Assembly (NCBI GenBank): GCA_937960415.1
Contig: CALGPK010000006.1
Span: forward strand, 1,416 to 65,415
DNA from: an uncultured Bacteroidales bacterium
Lineage (GTDB): Bacteria > Bacteroidota > Bacteroidia > Bacteroidales > GWA2-32-17
DNA: 64,000 nucleotides
Direction: 5' to 3'
The position numbers and the translations under genes are program-made. Under the pieces are notes generated by a model, which was not told where the DNA came from, did no database searches, and saw nothing but the letters and a program-made list of their open reading frames with translations. Positions 58,470 to 64,000 of the stretch are shown piece after piece (within the stretch, counting starts at the first letter, position 1; every line of letters begins with the position of its first letter).

Positions 58470-59584
58470 TATAATTTTCCTCCTTCAATTATGTTTTTAG
58501 GAGATAACATTTTACCAATTGAACCTACAAACGAAACATGAGTGGGCAGTTTTTCGCCAAACAAAATTTTAGCATACTGTCCATTGATGTTATCTTCGGC
58601 AAAAACTACTTTTTCGTATTTTTCAATAATAGAATATAGGTCTTCGGAAACAGGAATAAGTGTTTTTACAATAAGCAAATCGGTATTTCGTCCGTTTTTT
58701 TGCAAAATTTTCACGGCTTCTTGTGCTGCATTGGCCGATACACCGTACGAAACTATCAGTTGTTTGCTGTTGTTTTGAATATGTTCGTAGTATGTGTATT
58801 CGTTGAGATATTTAAATATTTTCTTTTCCAAACGTATGGTGTTTTTCATTGCCTCTTCGCTGGTGTGCTGAATAATTCCATTTTGGTCGTGGGTTGATGC
58901 AGTTATTCTTACCTGATGACTTGTGTTCGACACGGGTAAAAAGTCTGGAACCAATGTTTCGTTGTACTCGTAGGGTTTGTAGGGTTCATTTTTAGAATAA
59001 TACTTGCGTTCTAATGGCTTTATAGGAGGTAATTTAGATATATCAAAGTTTCGGTTGGTAGTAGCACGTTCTTTTGATGATAAAATTACAACCGGTGTAC
59101 GTAGTTTAACAGCTATTTCTACAGCTTTTGCCGATAGATGCCAGCAATCTTCGATAGATGATGGACATATTACAGGAACAGGATGCCCTCCCGAAATCAT
59201 GCCTTTAAGCAATGCAACATCACCCTGTGCTCCGGCTGTTGCTGTTCCGGTTGCTGGTCCTAAGCGTTGGGTAAGAATAATTATCATGGGTAGCTCCATC
59301 ATGTAAGCCATGTTAATCGATTCGACCATAAGTGCAAAACCGGGAAACGATGTAGCTGTAACCGGTATGTGCCCCACAATAGCTAAGCCCGACATGTATT
59401 GTAATGTAGAAATTTCATCGGGTGCTGGCAGCATCAAAGGAAAACGTTGACTGGCATATAAATACATTGCATTTGAAGGGGTTATCGGATAACCAATATA
59501 AACGTCGGCACCAGCCTGTGCAAGGGCCTCAATAATGACTCTCGAATCGTCGAGTATTACTTCTTTCTTTTCGTGAATATTCAT
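58469..59584 (-). CDS. 2-oxoacid:ferredoxin oxidoreductase, alpha subunit
   Basis: 371 aa from the ATG at 59584 (MNIHEKK...). Pyruvate-flavodoxin oxidoreductase core pattern AGADVYIGYPITPS and QRLGPATGTAT. The track start at 59638 lies upstream of a terminator hairpin. Its stop overlaps the beta-gamma gene start by 1 nt. Confidence 0.85.
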   Translation of the reverse strand: MNIHEKKEVILDDSRVIIEALAQAGADVYIGYPITPSNAMYLYASQRFPLMLPAPDEISTLQYMSGLAIVGHIPVTATSFPGFALMVESINMAYMMELPMIIILTQRLGPATGTATAGAQGDVALLKGMISGGHPVPVICPSSIEDCWHLSAKAVEIAVKLRTPVVILSSKERATTNRNFDISKLPPIKPLERKYYSKNEPYKPYEYNETLVPDFLPVSNTSHQVRITASTHDQNGIIQHTSEEAMKNTIRLEKKIFKYLNEYTYYEHIQNNSKQLIVSYGVSANAAQEAVKILQKNGRNTDLLIVKTLIPVSEDLYSIIEKYEKVVFAEDNINGQYAKILFGEKLPTHVSFVGSIGKMLSPKNIIEGGKL

Positions 59585-59599
59585 GATATGATATTTTTT

Positions 59600-59634
59600 A
59601 AAAAAAAAGCTACCAAATATAAAACATGGTAGCT
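59600..59634 (-). terminator. Rho-independent terminator after the acyl-CoA dehydrogenase gene
   Basis: The minus strand reads AGCTACCA-TGTTTTATATT-TGGTAGCT, a perfect 8-bp stem, followed by T9. It lies between the acd stop (59664) and the OFOR alpha ATG (59584). Confidence 0.7.
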
Positions 59635-59635
59635 G

Positions 59636-59643
59636 CAAAAATA
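59636..59643 (-). promoter_or_regulatory. Putative -7 promoter box TATTTTTG abutting the terminator stem, upstream of the OFOR genes
   Basis: The minus strand reads GTTTATTTTTGCAGCTACCA. It is an exact TAnnTTTG with the GCAG extension seen at other boxes. The hairpin 5' arm begins 1 nt after the box. Confidence 0.4.
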
Positions 59644-59663
59644 AACATAATTTTTAATTTTTA

Positions 59664-60845
59664 TTAACGATAAGCAGGAATTCCTGTAATATCATGTCCA
59701 GTGATGAGCAAGTGTATGTCGTGTGTGCCTTCGTATGTAATAACCGATTCAAGGTTCATCATGTGTCGCATGATGGGGTAGTCGCTTGTAATACCCATTG
59801 CACCTAATACCTGACGCAGTTCACGCGCAACAGTTAGTGCCATATAAACATTGTTGCGTTTTGCCATACTGATGTGAGTATGTTTACATTTTCCTTCGTT
59901 CTTCAAAACACCCAGTCTCCATGCGAGTAATTGTGCTTTGGTAATTTCGGTCAATGCTTCAGCTAGTTTTTTCTGCTGTAATTGAAAAGCAGCAATAGGT
60001 TTTCCAAACTGCTGGCGTTCGAGTGAGTATCTAAGTGCTGCATCGTAGCAATCCATGGCGGCCCCTATAGCGCCCCATGCTATTCCGTAACGTGCACTAT
60101 TTAAGCACATCATTGGTCCTTTTAATCCTTCAATTTTGGGTAACAGATTTTCTTTTGGCACTACCACTTCGTCGAAAATAAGTTCGCCGGTGGATGATGC
60201 ACGTAACGACCATTTGTTGTGAGTTTCGGGAGCACTAAAGCCTTTCATTCCTTTTTCAACAATTACACCGCGAATAATGCCCTGATCGTCTTTAGCCCAA
60301 ACAATAGCTATGTCGGCTATGTTGGCATTGGTAATCCACATTTTGGCACCATGCAAAATGTAATGATCGCCTTTATCATATAAACGTGTAACCATACTAC
60401 CGGGGTCGCTACCGTGATTAGGCTCGGTTAAACCGAAACAACCAATAATTTCACCGGTTGCTAACCTGGGTAGGTATTTTTGTTTTTGTTCTTCAGAACC
60501 AAATTCCCATATAGGATACATTACCAAAGAAGTTTGAACCGAAGCGGCAGAACGAATACCACTATCGCCTCGTTCGAGTTCTTGCATGATTAAACCGTAC
60601 GAAATATAATCTAAACCAGCACCGCCGTATTGTTCGGGAATAAACGGACCATAAGCACCAATTTGTCCAAGTTGTTTAATTAAGTCGTACGGAATCTGAT
60701 GCTTCTGATTTAATTCTTCAATAACGGGTTTAACTTCACGATTGACCCAATCTCTTATTGAATCGCGAACAATTTTATGTTCTTCTGTTAACAGATCATC
60801 TACTAAAAAATAATCTGGCGGGTTGTATTGTACTGTTGCTGACAT
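59664..60845 (-). CDS. Acyl-CoA dehydrogenase, glutaryl-CoA dehydrogenase-like
   Basis: 393 aa. GCFGLTEPNHGSDPGSM and C-terminal VITYEGTHDIHLLITGHDITG resemble the GCDH subfamily. Confidence 0.85.
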   Translation of the reverse strand: MSATVQYNPPDYFLVDDLLTEEHKIVRDSIRDWVNREVKPVIEELNQKHQIPYDLIKQLGQIGAYGPFIPEQYGGAGLDYISYGLIMQELERGDSGIRSAASVQTSLVMYPIWEFGSEEQKQKYLPRLATGEIIGCFGLTEPNHGSDPGSMVTRLYDKGDHYILHGAKMWITNANIADIAIVWAKDDQGIIRGVIVEKGMKGFSAPETHNKWSLRASSTGELIFDEVVVPKENLLPKIEGLKGPMMCLNSARYGIAWGAIGAAMDCYDAALRYSLERQQFGKPIAAFQLQQKKLAEALTEITKAQLLAWRLGVLKNEGKCKHTHISMAKRNNVYMALTVARELRQVLGAMGITSDYPIMRHMMNLESVITYEGTHDIHLLITGHDITGIPAYR

Positions 60846-60873
60846 AACTTATAGTTTAAATTATTTTACTATG

Positions 60874-60881
60874 CAAACGTA
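60874..60881 (-). promoter_or_regulatory. Putative -7 promoter box TACGTTTG upstream of the acyl-CoA dehydrogenase
   Basis: The minus strand reads GTTTGTACGTTTGCATAG. It is an exact TAnnTTTG 28 nt upstream of the ATG at 60845. Confidence 0.45.
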
Positions 60882-61025
60882 CAAACTTATTCCTATTAAA
60901 ACAAATGATTTTTATCAAACCATCGCTGATTATTTTCACATTAGATATTAGCTTGAATGTATGTAACTTGCGAAAAAAAAAGAATTTTTGTACTAAAAGA
61001 AAAAGCAAGTAAAAATATTTTTTTT

Positions 61026-61033
61026 TACTTTTG
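61026..61033 (+). promoter_or_regulatory. Putative -7 promoter box TACTTTTG upstream of the paralog pair
   Basis: The sequence TTTTTTTTTACTTTTGCTAATTC holds an exact TAnnTTTG 15 nt before the first ATG (61049). Confidence 0.4.
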
Positions 61034-61048
61034 CTAATTCATTTTTTG

Positions 61049-61747
61049 ATGATGTTAATTAAGATGTTTGAGCTAAATCGTCTTGTTTTTTATGTCGTAC
61101 TTCTGTTGTTCGCAGCTTGCAACTCTTCCACATTCAGCGGAACGTTAGATGAAGGCACCATTGAGTACGACATGATTTACTTACAAGATGAAAAAGAAAA
61201 CCCTCTCATAAGCCTTTTGCCAACTACCATGACGCTCAAAATAAAAAACAACAATTCCATTCAAAAGATAGAAGGATGGATGGGAGTTTTTCAAATGGCA
61301 GGCATTGCCCGACGAGATGAAAACTACAAAGCGGCTTATCTAAAAATAATGGGCGAAAAATATGTGTTCGAAACAACCATGGATGGTCCCGCTTTTGGTT
61401 TCGATGAATATAAAAAGATGAAATTAGTTCCCAGCGATTCTGTAAAAATTATTGCCGGATATAAGTGCAAGGCTTACGATGTTTTTCTCGACGATTCTGC
61501 AGCAGTTGCTTTTACTGTTTTTTATACAAACGAGATTAAACTCGATAATCCTAATTGTAATAATCCATATCAACAAATCGACGGTGTGCTACTCGAATAT
61601 CAAATGAAATTTCAAAAAATACCGGTGCATTTGATTGCACGTAAAGTAATTAAAGAAGATATTTCCGATGATGAATTTGTTGTACCTGATGGATATCAGA
61701 AAGTTTCAAAAGAAAAAATTCAAGAAGTAATAAACAACTTAATGTAA
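61049..61747 (+). CDS. Hypothetical lipoprotein, paralog 1 of a tandem pair
   Basis: Lipoprotein signal LLLFAAC. The first ATG after the putative promoter is 61049, with alternatives at 61052 and 61064. It shares the EGTI.Y, IAGYKCK, GVL(L/M)EY and VPDGY/IPSDY blocks with the next gene. Confidence 0.6.
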   Translation: MMLIKMFELNRLVFYVVLLLFAACNSSTFSGTLDEGTIEYDMIYLQDEKENPLISLLPTTMTLKIKNNNSIQKIEGWMGVFQMAGIARRDENYKAAYLKIMGEKYVFETTMDGPAFGFDEYKKMKLVPSDSVKIIAGYKCKAYDVFLDDSAAVAFTVFYTNEIKLDNPNCNNPYQQIDGVLLEYQMKFQKIPVHLIARKVIKEDISDDEFVVPDGYQKVSKEKIQEVINNLM

Positions 61748-61755
61748 ATTGTATT

Positions 61756-62424
61756 ATGAAAAAATTAGTTTTATTGAGCTTAATTAGCATCTTAGCTATC
61801 AATGGATTTGCACAAAAAAAAGATGCAGGTTTCGAAGGAACCATTACGTATAGCGTAACCACTGAGGGCGAATTAGACCCACAAACCAAAGCACAAATGC
61901 CATCGGAAGTTGTTTGGACATACAAAGGTCCAAAATCGAGCATGATGATGAAAACGGCTTTTGGAAATATCAATGTTTTAGCTAATTCGGAAACCAGAGA
62001 ACAAGTTGTGTTGTACGATATGATGGGACAAAAAATGGCTATTAAATCATCAAAAGAAGAAACAGAATCGGCATTAAAAGATTTACCCGATTTAACTATT
62101 AAAGAAACTACTGAAACCAAACAAATAGCCGGATATAAATGTAAGAAATTCGAATTGACCGATGGTAAAACTACCACCAATGTTTATGTTACCGAAGATA
62201 TTATCATTCCTAATGCAAACTGGAACGGTCAATATAAAAATGTTAGGGGAGTTTTAATGGAATATTCTCAAAAAGCAACCCCCGACGGTGATGCACAAAT
62301 TGTATTTACAGCCAAAGAAGTGAAAAAAGCTAAAATTAAAGACTCTGTTTTCGAGATTCCTTCGGATTATAAACAAATGTCCATGACCGAATTTAAACAA
62401 ATGTTTGGTGGTGGAGAAGATTAA
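61756..62424 (+). CDS. Hypothetical secreted protein, paralog 2 of a tandem pair
   Basis: 222 aa. Signal peptide MKKLVLLSLISILAINGFAQ. It is collinear in motifs with the upstream gene. Confidence 0.6.
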   Translation: MKKLVLLSLISILAINGFAQKKDAGFEGTITYSVTTEGELDPQTKAQMPSEVVWTYKGPKSSMMMKTAFGNINVLANSETREQVVLYDMMGQKMAIKSSKEETESALKDLPDLTIKETTETKQIAGYKCKKFELTDGKTTTNVYVTEDIIIPNANWNGQYKNVRGVLMEYSQKATPDGDAQIVFTAKEVKKAKIKDSVFEIPSDYKQMSMTEFKQMFGGGED

Positions 62425-62428
62425 TAAC

Positions 62429-62462
62429 GAAAAATCCACAAGAATTTTGTATAGGATTTTTC
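62429..62462 (+). terminator. Hairpin after the paralog pair (possible terminator)
   Basis: Perfect 9-bp stem GAAAAATCC / GGATTTTTC with a 16-nt loop. The T-run is inside the 3' arm rather than after it, so it is atypical. Confidence 0.35.
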
Positions 62463-62472
62463 TAGTTTAATA

Positions 62473-64000
62473 ATGGCAAAGAAAAGCAAAGCAAATAAAG
62501 ACGATCGAAAAGATTTTATAAAAGAGGAGAAAACAAACGAAAAGTTTTCTCTTCGTGCTTTTATTAAAGATGAACGAACGCGCTATGTTTCATCCTTGCT
62601 TTTGTTTTTAATATCCATTTTTCTGGTCTTTTCATTTGTTTCGTATATTTTCACTTGGGACGAAGATCAAAGTAAAATAACCATACCTTTTTTTAAATAT
62701 TTATTTGATTCCGAAATAGATGTCGAAAATTGGGCTGGTAAGTTAGGGGCATATATAAGCCATGTTTTGTATCACAATATGTTTGGTATAGCATCGCTTT
62801 CTTTTGCTATACTTTGTTTTTTTGTGGCTTTTAGAGTCGCTAATGTTTCGAAAGTTAACATCACCAACTTAGTTAAGTATCTGATTTTTTTAACTATATG
62901 GATTTCGTTGGCGTTGGGCTATTTTTTTGGTACGGATTATTTTTATTTAGGTGGAGCATATGGTTACTTTCTATCTAAATGGTTTAATGCTGCTATTGGA
63001 AAAGTAGGAACCTTATTACTGCTGTTTTTTTCTGCTTTTACATTTGTTATTATTTCTTTTAAAGAGGCTTTACCTGCTATTAAAAGATTCTTTAGCTCAT
63101 TTAAAAAACAACCCAAACCTTTAATTGCTATAACAAATGGTTCCGAAAATGTTGCCGAAGAGGTAATTGAAGAACTTTCGGACGAGTTAGTAGAAAAGCA
63201 AATTACAGAAGCAGAACCTGCAATATCCGAAGAAAATGCAACCATTGTGTCTGAAAATCAGCTTAAAGCAACAGAAACAAATATTATAGAAATACCACCC
63301 ACAAACGAACAAGATGTTGCTTTGATTGTTGAGCAAAATCAGCAGAAAGAAGAACCATATCAGTTAGCCCAACAATTGGTCGAAGAGCATGGAGAGTATG
63401 ATGTTCGGATGGATGCACCACGATACGAGTTTCCTTCTCTTGATTTGCTCGACGAATACAAAGACGAAAAAAGCGAAGTGAGCGAAGAAGAATTGCTTGC
63501 CAACAAAAACAAAATTATCGAAACCCTTAAAAATTACGGAATTCAGATAACTCAAATTAAGGCAACCATTGGACCTACGGTAACCCTTTACGAAATTGTT
63601 CCTGCACCGGGAGTTAAAATTTCAAAAATTAAAAGTCTCGAAGACGACATAGCATTGAGCCTATCGGCTCTTGGAATTAGAATTATTGCTCCTATTCCGG
63701 GCAAGGGAACCATTGGCATCGAAGTGCCTAATTTAAATCCACAGATTGTTTCGATGAAATCGGTAATCGGAAGCAGTCGTTTTCAGGAATCAAGGTTCGA
63801 TTTGCCTATAGCTATAGGTAAAACCATACAAAACGAAGTTTTTGTTTTTGATTTGGCCAAAGCACCTCATATTCTTGTAGCAGGGGCTACCGGGCAAGGT
63901 AAATCAGTAGGCCTTAATGCCATTATTACCTCATTATTATACAAGAAACATCCCTCCGAATTAAAACTGGTAATGATTGACCCCAAAAAAATAGAATTGT
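62473..64000 (+). CDS. ftsK: DNA translocase FtsK/SpoIIIE, 5' portion (continues past the right edge)
   Basis: Not in the ORF track because it has no stop in the window. I read the frame open from the ATG at 62473 to the end. It has N-terminal TM helices, an acidic linker, then YEFPSLDLLDEY, GPTVTLYEIVPAPGVKISKI and Walker A LVAGATGQGKSVGLNAII. Confidence 0.9.
   Translation, partial: MAKKSKANKDDRKDFIKEEKTNEKFSLRAFIKDERTRYVSSLLLFLISIFLVFSFVSYIFTWDEDQSKITIPFFKYLFDSEIDVENWAGKLGAYISHVLYHNMFGIASLSFAILCFFVAFRVANVSKVNITNLVKYLIFLTIWISLALGYFFGTDYFYLGGAYGYFLSKWFNAAIGKVGTLLLLFFSAFTFVIISFKEALPAIKRFFSSFKKQPKPLIAITNGSENVAEEVIEELSDELVEKQITEAEPAISEENATIVSENQLKATETNIIEIPPTNEQDVALIVEQNQQKEEPYQLAQQLVEEHGEYDVRMDAPRYEFPSLDLLDEYKDEKSEVSEEELLANKNKIIETLKNYGIQITQIKATIGPTVTLYEIVPAPGVKISKIKSLEDDIALSLSALGIRIIAPIPGKGTIGIEVPNLNPQIVSMKSVIGSSRFQESRFDLPIAIGKTIQNEVFVFDLAKAPHILVAGATGQGKSVGLNAIITSLLYKKHPSELKLVMIDPKKIEL

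Overview
This is an AT-rich chromosomal segment whose features point to a Bacteroidota-type bacterium: no tuf between fusA and rpsJ, a T9SS C-terminal sorting domain, a CarboxypepD_reg-type TonB receptor, recurrent TAnnTTTG promoter boxes, and mostly no Shine-Dalgarno sequences. The window is overwhelmingly core housekeeping. Left end, minus strand: tsf (partial), rpsB, rpsI and rplM. Next come an overlapping MBL-hydrolase / MOP-flippase / AsnB-like amidotransferase block, pcm and tRNA-Ser(CGA). Three secreted proteins of unknown function follow, one a thioredoxin-fold protein with a T9SS tail, then sppA and a TonB-dependent receptor with its partner lipoprotein. Positions 14070-31637 (+) hold a complete str-S10-spc-alpha superoperon of 33 genes, rpsL to rplQ. 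It includes rpmD and rpmJ, which I translated by hand because they fall below the ORF-track cutoff. After convergent terminators lies a tandem tRNA-Gln(CUG)/tRNA-Gln(UUG) pair. The remaining genes are class II RNR (nrdJ), an RluA-family synthase, a Gate-domain membrane protein, pepE, secDF, a second flippase plus glycosyltransferase, rarA, uvrD/pcrA, a DUF4290-like gene with murA, a TlpA-like gene, a NUDIX gene, an MltD-like gene, a stand-alone degenerate-HNH/AP2 protein, tcdA, a large membrane protein, two small secreted proteins, a C69 dipeptidase, a two-gene 2-oxoacid:ferredoxin oxidoreductase, a glutaryl-CoA-dehydrogenase-like gene, two tandem paralogous secreted proteins, and the 5' part of ftsK. 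I found no CRISPR array, IS or transposase, integrase, prophage block, toxin-antitoxin pair or recognisable defence genes. I cannot honestly point to a convincing novel multi-gene system. The most follow-up-worthy items are modest: the domesticated-looking HNH-AP2 gene, the unusual OFOR subunit layout with a terminator/promoter overlap in front of it, the flippase-linked AsnB-like amidotransferase module, a perfect AGGAGG in the 11-nt rpsE-rpmD spacer, and several uncharacterised secreted-protein pairs. All family names are from reading the translations and from memory of conserved motifs. No database search was run.
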